From Candidatus Undinarchaeales archaeon (GTDB lineage Archaea > SpSt-1190 > JASMDC01): DNA of 64,000 nucleotides. Under the pieces are notes generated by a model that did no database searches, was not told the origin of the DNA, and saw only the letters and a program-made list of their open reading frames with translations. Positions within the stretch are counted from its first letter, which is position 1; every line of letters begins with the position of its first letter. The stretch covers positions 1 through 64,000 of the forward strand of contig JASMDC010000016.1 of assembly GCA_030753015.1 (NCBI GenBank), written 5' to 3'. Below are positions 28,719 to 36,782 of the stretch, in pieces. The position numbers and the translations under genes were made by a program.

Positions 28719-29589
28719 GTGATCGCCCCGGAACGGTAAAGGTGGACTTCCCCTCAGGATCGGGAGTGTCGGAGGGACTCCATTTTTCCCCCCCAAACTC
28801 CGAGGCAGCGATCCTGTCGATCTTCTCTTTCATCTCCTCGTCCTCCGAATACCTCTCGTACAGCTCGAGGTAGTCGCGCACCACCCGATCCGAGTTACCC
28901 GTGATGATGCGGATCTCGCGGAGCGTGTGGCCGCCACGATGGAGAATGACCACACGGGAGAAATCCTTGATATATCGCATGATCGAGGTCGGGGAGTGCT
29001 TTGTCCTGAGCTCTATCTCGGAGTACTCGTAATCCTGGAGGTGGAGCTCCACGATCTTGGCCTTGTGGCTGGTACCGGAACCCATATCCCTCATGGTGCC
29101 GCGGGTGGGGACCGTGATGCACTCTGTCTTCTGTATCTCCCTGATGTGACGCCCAATGGTGCGTGTGCTCTCACCAAGGATGAGCGCGAGGTCTGCCTGC
29201 GTCAACAGGCCACCCTGCTCGAATGCCTCGTTCGCGAGTCGCTTGATACGAGATTTAAGGAGGTCACCCTGCGATCGCGAAGCGGTCGCTGCGTCAGCTT
29301 CGAGGTCCAGAACGGTGAGGTGGACGGCTACGAGCCTCGCGTCCGTGATCTTCACGCCGGCAGGGACATCCTTGGAGACTGCATGGAATACGATCTGCTC
29401 TCCACTTCGCTGCCCGCCCATGTACACGTCGAGGTAGGTGAGGATGTCTCGGGTCAGTCCACGGCAGATGGCCCTCGGGAACTGATAGTCCTCGATGAAC
29501 ATCGTGTAGATCTGATTTTTCAGGCTCTTGTCCACAATGCTGCGATATTCACTGTCGATCAATTCCGTACTCTCAGTAAGGTAAGGCAT
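28711..29589 (-). CDS. DUF1670-like HTH protein A (start 29589 or 29601)
   Basis: EAFEQGGLLTQADLALILG, VPTRGTMRDMG.GTSHK, RTKHSPTSIMRYIKDF; clear paralog of gene B. Confidence 0.85.
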   Translation of the reverse strand: MPYLTESTELIDSEYRSIVDKSLKNQIYTMFIEDYQFPRAICRGLTRDILTYLDVYMGGQRSGEQIVFHAVSKDVPAGVKITDARLVAVHLTVLDLEADAATASRSQGDLLKSRIKRLANEAFEQGGLLTQADLALILGESTRTIGRHIREIQKTECITVPTRGTMRDMGSGTSHKAKIVELHLQDYEYSEIELRTKHSPTSIMRYIKDFSRVVILHRGGHTLREIRIITGNSDRVVRDYLELYERYSEDEEMKEKIDRIAASEFGGEKWSPSDTPDPEGKSTFTVPGRSHG

Positions 29590-29644
29590 CTCTGTCACCA
29601 TCAAGCAAGAACGGGAGACGGAAGAGCAATCACTTAAGTATTCC

Positions 29645-29665
29645 GACATTTGGCGGTATCTGAGA
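29645..29665. repeat. Right terminal inverted repeat of the candidate element
   Basis: GACATTTGGCGGTATCTGAGA; partner of 27748-27768. Confidence 0.7.
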
Positions 29666-31660
29666 ATGTTACATAGAGCTCGTTTGCTCATGGTAGTCGT
29701 CATGGTCGCGTGCGTCCTGTCGGTCGCACCCAATTACGGGGACAACGACTTTCCCGTCGCACCGTTCACGGAACAGCCGACCTGTGGTAAGGAGCTCTGT
29801 ATCGTATGGAATTGCGCTTCGACCAAGCTCCCTGCAACCAACGATTACCTCACATGTTCAGAGTGGGCCTGCACGAAGATGAACGATCGGGTATGCGCAC
29901 GATGGGAGTGCCTCACCGTTGATGTTCCCGGCTCGGACGACCAGACCTGTGCTTCGTTCAACTGCACGGAGTCCAAGGATGGACGATGTGTCGATTGGGA
30001 TTGCACCGACACCGACCTCCCATCGACAAACGACCGCGATACATGCAGCGAGTACCGGTGCGAACGGATCATCGACGGTACCTGCAGGGTATGGAGATGC
30101 ACAGTCGCGCCCTTTCCCGTGGACATCGAGGCCCCGCCCAACAGGCGCCCCAACTCACGACAAGCATGCTCTCGGTTCGATTGCACTGTCTGGGACGGTG
30201 ACCGATGCTTTTCGTGGACCTGCACTTACTCTATCGGATATCAATCCTGTTCCAAGCTTGACTGCGTCTCCCGTCATGGGACCTCCTGTGATGCCTGGAA
30301 CTGTACCGAGATGGATGTGCCGGGCCATGGTGGATACGAGGCGTGCGCCACATGGGAATGCGGGGCATGGGACCGTATCACCTTGAACACCACATGCTCG
30401 GGCTGCACCGAGCACAACCACTGCGAATCAGGCTGCTGCCTTCTCGGCGAGTGCATCGATAAGGTCGCCGATCCGGACAAGGACCGTTCCACATGCATCT
30501 GCTCAGGAGGTACGTGGAAGGACGAGAAGTGTTGCGGTGACGATCCCGGGGAGAGCTGGTGCTCCAGCGAGGGTGCATGCATCTCAGCGAACTGGGTCCC
30601 CGGAACGGACAGCGAGTTCTATTGCTCTCAGTGCAAGAAGGGCTCATGGAACGAGGACCGATGCTGCGTCGATGACGAGAGCTGGTGCGGGCGTTGGGGG
30701 CGATGCCTGTACGGGACATGGCTGCCGTTGTGCAAGCAGTGCTACAGTTGCAAGAACGGAGTATGCATCTATACCTGCAAACCGACGGTCCAGAACGGCG
30801 ACAAGAAACCTGATGATTGCATCTCCCTTGGCGGTATCTGGCGTGATGGGAAGTGCTGTGGCGACGACAAGGACGCGGACGGGTACGGTGAGAGCTGGAT
30901 CGGAACGACCGGTGAGTGTCGTGGTGGGTTCTGGTTCGAGCTCTCTGACAACCAGTTAAAGGGCCGCCTTGAAGAGGAGCGGGATAAGGAGGAGGCATCA
31001 CGCAAGTTCTCAGTCCCTGAGAGCGTGCTCGTGCTCCTCGTAGTCGTGGGTTGCGGTAGCTTCCTCTACTTCTTCAATAAGCGATCGGATGACGCGGAAC
31101 CCCCACCAGAACCGGGTCTCCTACCCACGCTCGAGGACGAGGGAACACCGAGCGAAGAGGCCGCGATCGATGACGAGGACATCATTGATATGGACGAGTT
31201 CGAGGAGGAGTTCGGCGATGGTGCCGGTGGAGAAGACCAGGAACTCGAGAAAGAGGGCCAGCCTGAATCCGAAGAGGGTGAGCGCGATCTCAGCACTGAC
31301 GAGATGCTCGGCGAGTTCGAATCAGAGGTTACAGAGGATGAGGATGAACTCCTCAAGGATGTAGATGAGCTCGAAGAAGGTGAAAAGCCTGAAGGGAAAG
31401 CGCCCTCATCAGCAGAGGAGGATGCGGCCACTAAGGATCCCGACGAGGACCTCTTCGCAGACCTGGGCTTCGACGGCTACGGAAACGAGGGAGGAAGGCC
31501 TTCTCCGCGCGCTACCCGAGGATACACTGATCCCCGCGTATCGGAGCTGCAAGCCAAGCTAGACAAACTCGACACACAGCTGGCGAAGGGGAAACTGAGC
31601 CCGGAACTCCACAATAAGATGCGGGAACGGGCCGAGAAAGAGCTCTCTGACCTTTCCTAG
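29666..31660 (+). CDS. Cys-rich single-pass surface protein with acidic cytoplasmic region and C-terminal SHOCT-like helix pair
   Basis: Signal peptide, repeated C-x-x-W/F-x-C units, CCGDD..ESW repeats, TM (VLVLLVVVGCGSFLYFF), D/E-rich tail, GKLSPE.H. Confidence 0.8.
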   Translation: MLHRARLLMVVVMVACVLSVAPNYGDNDFPVAPFTEQPTCGKELCIVWNCASTKLPATNDYLTCSEWACTKMNDRVCARWECLTVDVPGSDDQTCASFNCTESKDGRCVDWDCTDTDLPSTNDRDTCSEYRCERIIDGTCRVWRCTVAPFPVDIEAPPNRRPNSRQACSRFDCTVWDGDRCFSWTCTYSIGYQSCSKLDCVSRHGTSCDAWNCTEMDVPGHGGYEACATWECGAWDRITLNTTCSGCTEHNHCESGCCLLGECIDKVADPDKDRSTCICSGGTWKDEKCCGDDPGESWCSSEGACISANWVPGTDSEFYCSQCKKGSWNEDRCCVDDESWCGRWGRCLYGTWLPLCKQCYSCKNGVCIYTCKPTVQNGDKKPDDCISLGGIWRDGKCCGDDKDADGYGESWIGTTGECRGGFWFELSDNQLKGRLEEERDKEEASRKFSVPESVLVLLVVVGCGSFLYFFNKRSDDAEPPPEPGLLPTLEDEGTPSEEAAIDDEDIIDMDEFEEEFGDGAGGEDQELEKEGQPESEEGERDLSTDEMLGEFESEVTEDEDELLKDVDELEEGEKPEGKAPSSAEEDAATKDPDEDLFADLGFDGYGNEGGRPSPRATRGYTDPRVSELQAKLDKLDTQLAKGKLSPELHNKMRERAEKELSDLS

Positions 31661-31729
31661 GTACGGAAGACGCGGTCTTAGGTTCATTTTATAAAATATA
31701 CCCCCGGATACTTGTATCGGTGGTATGCA

Positions 31730-32095
31730 ATGGCTGAGACCGTTAAATTATCGATACTCTACAGCGTTGTCGTGAGCGGTATCCTTGTACTGGCCTTCGT
31801 CATCGCTTCGTTCTACGTCCCGCTCCTCGAGCTGGACCCTGAGAAGTTCATCGTGAACCTGCAGACGAACCAGTTCATCATCTCGTTCATCTTCGACTTC
31901 GTTTCGCTGGCTGCAGTGGCTCTCGGATTCGCCTCCCTCCTCCAGATCATGGAGAACGTGGAGACCGAGCTCGTCGATGGTCTTCTCGCGATCGCCCGGA
32001 CAACGGCCCGGACCGCGGAGAACATCAAGGAGATCAAGGCCAAGAGCGAGGCACCGGAAAAGAAGGATAAACCGAAGAAGGACAAGAAGGAGTAA
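31730..32095 (+). CDS. Small two-TM membrane protein (paralog family)
   Basis: ALGFASLLQ..E..E.ELVDGL motif; TTTTATAAAA box upstream. Confidence 0.75.
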   Translation: MAETVKLSILYSVVVSGILVLAFVIASFYVPLLELDPEKFIVNLQTNQFIISFIFDFVSLAAVALGFASLLQIMENVETELVDGLLAIARTTARTAENIKEIKAKSEAPEKKDKPKKDKKE

Positions 32096-32118
32096 CAACT
32101 CCTACGGTTGGTGGTGGC

Positions 32119-32436
32119 ATGGCAACACGGACTAAACTCTCCTACCTCTACAGTATCGCCGTGAGCGCAATGCTCATATTCGCCGCTGTGATAGCGTCGA
32201 GCTTCCTCTCGTTCTCCGGTACTGACGTTGAATCCTTCATAACCGAGCTCTACTCCAACGCGCTCATCCTCATCCTCATCGGGATCATCGCCGCTATTGC
32301 GGTGATCTCCCTTGGTTTCTCGTCAATGATCACGCAGTCGGAGCGCTCAAACGGCGACCTCTGCGCTCGCCTCGATGCGATCGAGCACCAGCTCGAGAAG
32401 ATGAACGAACCGGAAGAGGACGCCAAAAAGGATTAA
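32119..32436 (+). CDS. Small two-TM membrane protein (paralog family)
   Basis: KLS.LYS start and SLGFSSM motif shared with the neighbour; GGTGG RBS. Confidence 0.75.
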   Translation: MATRTKLSYLYSIAVSAMLIFAAVIASSFLSFSGTDVESFITELYSNALILILIGIIAAIAVISLGFSSMITQSERSNGDLCARLDAIEHQLEKMNEPEEDAKKD

Positions 32437-32461
32437 AGCTCTAACCTCTGCATCACTTGCG

Positions 32462-34654
32462 ATGTACAGGAGAGAAGCGCTCTTCATCATGCTTCTCCTA
32501 TCGATGCTCATTTCAGCGACCGAGATCGACGTCGTTGATCCTGAGCCCGTCGAGACAGGCGTCATCATCGCTCAGGAAGGCGAATATCTGGATGTGAGGG
32601 AAGTAGTCACCGTCCATGGATCGGCCGGCAAAAAGGTCGCGTTCACGGTCCCGTCCCTCATCTCAGAGGGACCCGACCTTGTACTCGATCCAACTGCGCT
32701 GCCCGCCAACACATCCTCGCTCGTCACGCTCGAGGCCTACTCTTGTCCCACTGCGCCCGTACACTCCTTCCGCACACTCGACGGTTGCCGACGTCGTGAT
32801 CCCACGAGGGTCACGGGCAGGCTCCTTAGCGTCGGTGACGGGACGGTCGTGGAAGAGAACGATACTGGTGATAGGTTCCTCCTACTCACGACGGAAGAGG
32901 AGAGCCTGGTGTTCAGGTACCGTGTGCTCCTTGACCCGCTCGTCACGGACCTCGACCCTTCGTTCCAGTTCGTGAAGCCCTATCTCAAGAGCGCCGATAC
33001 CTTCGACCTTCGGTTCGAGAACACACCTTGCTCCACATGGACCCTTCTCACCCATACGGTGGCTTCGGAGGACGATGTCGCAACGGAGGACGGTCCGGGA
33101 CTTCTCCGGCTCTACGGCACAAGGATGACCGGGGGCTATCTGGTCAAGCTCGGTCTTATCTCATGCGCGACGCTACAGGAGTACTTCAAGCAGCAGTACC
33201 TCGTCCATGTCGACGAGCCCGCCGTCCGCGAGCTCGCCACGACCATCGCTACCAACGCCAACTCATCCAGTATCGAGCGCCAGGCCGAGGAGCTCTTCTA
33301 CTATGTGCGGGACACGATCAACTACAAGAGGGACCGCTTCGCTCCCGGACAGGACTTCCCGGAGAGTCCCCGTCAGACGCTCGAGACGAAGCTTGGCGAC
33401 TGTGAGGACATGTCCATCCTTCTTATCTCGATGCTCCGTACGATCGGGCTCGATGCTAGATTGGTGCTCATGGACCTAGACCGTTCAGGCACGGACTTCA
33501 CGATACGGGAACTGATGGAAGGGAACTCGCTCACCTTCAACCATGTGGCAGTCATGGCGAGCTTCGGGCCCGATGGCCGGTTCGACAGGTCATCGGCCAA
33601 GATCATGGACGCCACCTGTAAGGAGTGTCTGTTCGGCGAAGCTACGGTCGAAGGTGTGCCATCCCTCGTCATCGACAGCGATGATGTGATATTCCCCATC
33701 CGCTCTTCCGGAGAGTGCGAGGGTATGAAGTGCGGTACCCGATGCTACTCCGGGCTCGGCCGGTGCTGTTCGGACTGGGACGGTGAGGAATGGCGTCCTA
33801 ACCAAGAGTGCTGTAATTCAGCCGATTGCCTGGGCAACTCCCTCTGCGAGAACGGTCAATGTGCGGTATGCGACGGACGCATCTGCGGTGGAGTGTGCTA
33901 CTCACGAAAGGACCACAAGCGTCCCTGCTGCTCGCACCTCGACTGCGGTACCTTCGAATGGTGTGAGCAGTACAGCTGTACGCTCGACAACTCGCGGCTC
34001 ACGACCGTCGGTGCGGGACTGCTCGGGTTCATCGTCCTTTTCCTTGTGTACAGGCTTCTCAGGCGGACCACGTGCCCACATTGCGGTGCGCACATACCCG
34101 CCCGCTCGAGCTTCTGCACAGCATGCGGTGACGAGATACTCTCATCTGAGGAAGAGGAGCGTCGTGCAGAGGTTGACGCCATCAAGCGATACGCTGTACA
34201 GGCCCGCAAGCGGGGAGCGTCCTTCGACACGATCGCCGACCGCCTCCTGGAACGGGAGTACGAAACGGACGTGGTCGACCTCGTCCTCGGCGATGTACGT
34301 AATGAGGAAAGCCGCCCCAAACGCAAGCCGAAAAAGAAGAGCAATAGCGGCCTCGACGAGGCCATGCAGTACGTGCTCGCCCGGCGTGAGGAGGGTTTCT
34401 CCGACGAGGCGATCCTGCACTCCCTCGAGCAGCGAGGCTATCAACCGGACGTCGTGTCCAAGGCCATGTCAGACGAAGGCCAGGTGGATCGGATCCGTCG
34501 CTACATCGCTTCTCGCAGGGAGGAAGGCTTCTCGGAACGCGAGATCCAGGAGGCGCTCGCACACGCCGGCTACGCCGCCCATGATGTAAGGGAGGCACTC
34601 GCTCCACTCACCAAGGGACCGAGCACCGACGACACCTTCAACGAACTTTCGTGA
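32462..34654 (+). CDS. Membrane-anchored transglutaminase-like protein with Cys-rich, zinc-ribbon and C-terminal helical repeats
   Basis: Signal peptide; YVRD.I.Y, P.QTL...GDCED, NH, D triad; TM; CPHCG..FCTACG. Confidence 0.85.
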   Translation: MYRREALFIMLLLSMLISATEIDVVDPEPVETGVIIAQEGEYLDVREVVTVHGSAGKKVAFTVPSLISEGPDLVLDPTALPANTSSLVTLEAYSCPTAPVHSFRTLDGCRRRDPTRVTGRLLSVGDGTVVEENDTGDRFLLLTTEEESLVFRYRVLLDPLVTDLDPSFQFVKPYLKSADTFDLRFENTPCSTWTLLTHTVASEDDVATEDGPGLLRLYGTRMTGGYLVKLGLISCATLQEYFKQQYLVHVDEPAVRELATTIATNANSSSIERQAEELFYYVRDTINYKRDRFAPGQDFPESPRQTLETKLGDCEDMSILLISMLRTIGLDARLVLMDLDRSGTDFTIRELMEGNSLTFNHVAVMASFGPDGRFDRSSAKIMDATCKECLFGEATVEGVPSLVIDSDDVIFPIRSSGECEGMKCGTRCYSGLGRCCSDWDGEEWRPNQECCNSADCLGNSLCENGQCAVCDGRICGGVCYSRKDHKRPCCSHLDCGTFEWCEQYSCTLDNSRLTTVGAGLLGFIVLFLVYRLLRRTTCPHCGAHIPARSSFCTACGDEILSSEEEERRAEVDAIKRYAVQARKRGASFDTIADRLLEREYETDVVDLVLGDVRNEESRPKRKPKKKSNSGLDEAMQYVLARREEGFSDEAILHSLEQRGYQPDVVSKAMSDEGQVDRIRRYIASRREEGFSEREIQEALAHAGYAAHDVREALAPLTKGPSTDDTFNELS

Positions 34655-34661
34655 GCAAGCC

Positions 34662-35933
34662 ATGCGCGTCGCCATCGAGACATTCGGGTGCACTGTCAAT
34701 CAGGCGGACAGCGAGATGATCGCACGTCTTCTTGAGGAGGCAGGTCACAAGCTCGTGGACCTTGCGTCCGCGGATGCCGTCGTCGTGAACACGTGCTGCG
34801 TCAAGTCCGCTACCGAGCGAAAGGTGCTCAAGCGTCTTGCTGCCATCCCGGTCCCAGTCGTCGTCACCGGGTGCCTTCCCAAAGCGGACTCCGAGGCGGT
34901 CCTTGCCGTACGGCCGGACGCTGCCCTTGTAGGTCCCCGTGAGCTCGACCTGGTACCTGCAGCCCTCGCCTCACTGGGTACTTCGTCCCCTTCGCGTGCG
35001 CTGGAGCATCGTCGCTTGGACAAGGCGGGGCTCGGCAAACGTCGGACACCCGGCATCACGGCACGCATCCCCATCGCCGAGGGATGCCTGGGCGCCTGCA
35101 CCTATTGCCAGACCCGGATCGCCCGTGGACCGCTCTTCAGTTTCCCGCACGATGGACTTGTCGAGGAGGCCCGTCGCGCCGTTGAGGCAGGATGCCGTGA
35201 GCTCTGGATCACCGCGCAGGACACGGCCGCCTATGGTGCCGACACAGACGACTCTCTAGCGAGCCTTATTGCAGACATCGCGGCCATCGATGGCGAGTTC
35301 CGCATCCGCATCGGCATGTGCAATCCCGATCTCATCGCCTCACAGCTCGAGGATATCCTCAAGTGCATGAGCGGGACCAAGGTCTACCGTTTCCTACACC
35401 TCCCAGTACAGTCCGGGAGCGACCGGGTACTCGCCCATATGGGCCGCAGGTACACCCGTGAAGGGTATCTCGACATCGTCAGGAGATGCCGGGAGACCGT
35501 CCCCGACATCCTGCTCGCCACCGACGTCATCGTGGGCTATCCGACCGAGAGCGAGGACGACTTCGATGACACGCTCGACCTGCTCCGCCTCGCACGACCC
35601 GATATCGTCAACATCACTCGTTTCAGCCCTCGTAGAGGCACGCCCGCAGCAGAGCTCAGAGCGCTTCATGGTCGCATCCTCAAGAGTCGTTCACGCCGTA
35701 CCGCCGAGCTGTTCCAACAGATGCAACGTGAGGCGAACAAGGGCAGAGTAGGGACCACTGTACGGGCTCTCGTGCGTGAAGAAGGCAGGAAAGGAGGTAT
35801 GCTCGCTCGGACCGACAGCTACCGTCTCGTGGCCGTCCCTTACGGTACGCTCGGTACCTGGACGGTGGTCCGTGTCACCGGCTCGACGCCCACGTACCTC
35901 ATAGGCGAGCCCCTCGAGGATGAAAAGCCTTAA
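34662..35933 (+). CDS. mtaB: tRNA t6A37 methylthiotransferase, archaeal MtaB type (radical SAM + TRAM)
   Basis: ETFGCTVNQADSE, NTCCVK, TGC, GCLGACTYC, HLPVQSGSD, IVGYPTE. Confidence 0.88.
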   Translation: MRVAIETFGCTVNQADSEMIARLLEEAGHKLVDLASADAVVVNTCCVKSATERKVLKRLAAIPVPVVVTGCLPKADSEAVLAVRPDAALVGPRELDLVPAALASLGTSSPSRALEHRRLDKAGLGKRRTPGITARIPIAEGCLGACTYCQTRIARGPLFSFPHDGLVEEARRAVEAGCRELWITAQDTAAYGADTDDSLASLIADIAAIDGEFRIRIGMCNPDLIASQLEDILKCMSGTKVYRFLHLPVQSGSDRVLAHMGRRYTREGYLDIVRRCRETVPDILLATDVIVGYPTESEDDFDDTLDLLRLARPDIVNITRFSPRRGTPAAELRALHGRILKSRSRRTAELFQQMQREANKGRVGTTVRALVREEGRKGGMLARTDSYRLVAVPYGTLGTWTVVRVTGSTPTYLIGEPLEDEKP

Positions 35934-35963
35934 AAGCGCAGCAGGCTCGCCAGTCATACCGAG

Positions 35964-36782
35964 ATGTCGCGCGAACGCACGTCCTCCAAGCGTCGGAAAC
36001 GTACTAGGTCCGGAAAGAGTACCGGCAAGGTGTACGAACACACACTCATCTTCGTCATCCGGGACGTGCATGGCTACATCGACCGATTAAGACAGGTGCT
36101 TGAGCTGGCCGGGGCCGAGGGCGCCAACGTGCTCGACATAGGTGGCGACTTCACGAACTTCGGTGACCGATCAACGCTCGAGGACGTCCTCGCGTCCATT
36201 CCCAGTGATCGCAGTGTCGTCGTTGTCCACGGGAACCACGATCCACCCGACCTCGTCGAGACCGTCCCACGGTATCTTCACGGGACCGCACGCAGCATCC
36301 GTGGGCTCTGGTTTCTGGGCCTGGGCGGTAGCAATCCTATCGGTTTCTTCCCCGCTGAGCACACGGAGGAGGACCTCGCCGGATTACTCACCGGTGGGCT
36401 GGAGAAGGTACCGAACGATGCACCACTGGTGGTAGTGTCCCATGTACCCCCACACGAGGTCCATGACTACGTTCCTTTCGTCGCCCGACACGTGGGCTCC
36501 ACCGCCCTGCGGCAGTTCATCGCTGAGCGTCGGCCGATGCTGGTCACCTGTGGCCACATCCACGAGTCGTTCGGTTGGACGGCGTTCCACATCACGAAGA
36601 AAGGCCTCAAGGACGTCGAAACGGGCACATCGGTCCGGATCGGCAAGGAGGCGGACACCGTGGTCATAAACGCCGGCAGCCTCCGTGACCGGCGCTACGG
36701 CGTGGTGCTCATCGAAAGGACCGCCGAGGGGATCAGGGTCACACCCGAGGTCCGGCTGTTGCCCGATGACGGCCGGTTCTAG
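35964..36782 (+). CDS. Calcineurin-like metallophosphoesterase
   Basis: DVHG, GDFT, GNHD, HVPP, CGHIHE, NAG. Confidence 0.88.
   Translation: MSRERTSSKRRKRTRSGKSTGKVYEHTLIFVIRDVHGYIDRLRQVLELAGAEGANVLDIGGDFTNFGDRSTLEDVLASIPSDRSVVVVHGNHDPPDLVETVPRYLHGTARSIRGLWFLGLGGSNPIGFFPAEHTEEDLAGLLTGGLEKVPNDAPLVVVSHVPPHEVHDYVPFVARHVGSTALRQFIAERRPMLVTCGHIHESFGWTAFHITKKGLKDVETGTSVRIGKEADTVVINAGSLRDRRYGVVLIERTAEGIRVTPEVRLLPDDGRF

Larger units (their letters stand above)
27748..29665 (-). mobile_element. Candidate IS-like element (1918 bp) with two DUF1670 genes, imperfect terminal IRs and duplicated AT
   Basis: Left end TCTCCTAAACCGCCATTTGTC versus reverse complement of right end TCTCAGATACCGCCAAATGTC (16/21); AT at 27746-27747 and 29666-29667; empty site restores promoter+ATG. 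Confidence 0.65.

Noticed and set aside
27736-29670. 5-bp ATGTT target-site duplication for the element
   Set aside because: It makes the IRs asymmetric by 7 nt and leaves no RBS-to-ATG spacer; the AT model fits better, though only an empty allele can decide
29602-29733. Long N-terminal extension of DUF1670 gene A in the ORF track
   Set aside because: It crosses the element end and overlaps the divergent gene; the RBS supports a start at 29589
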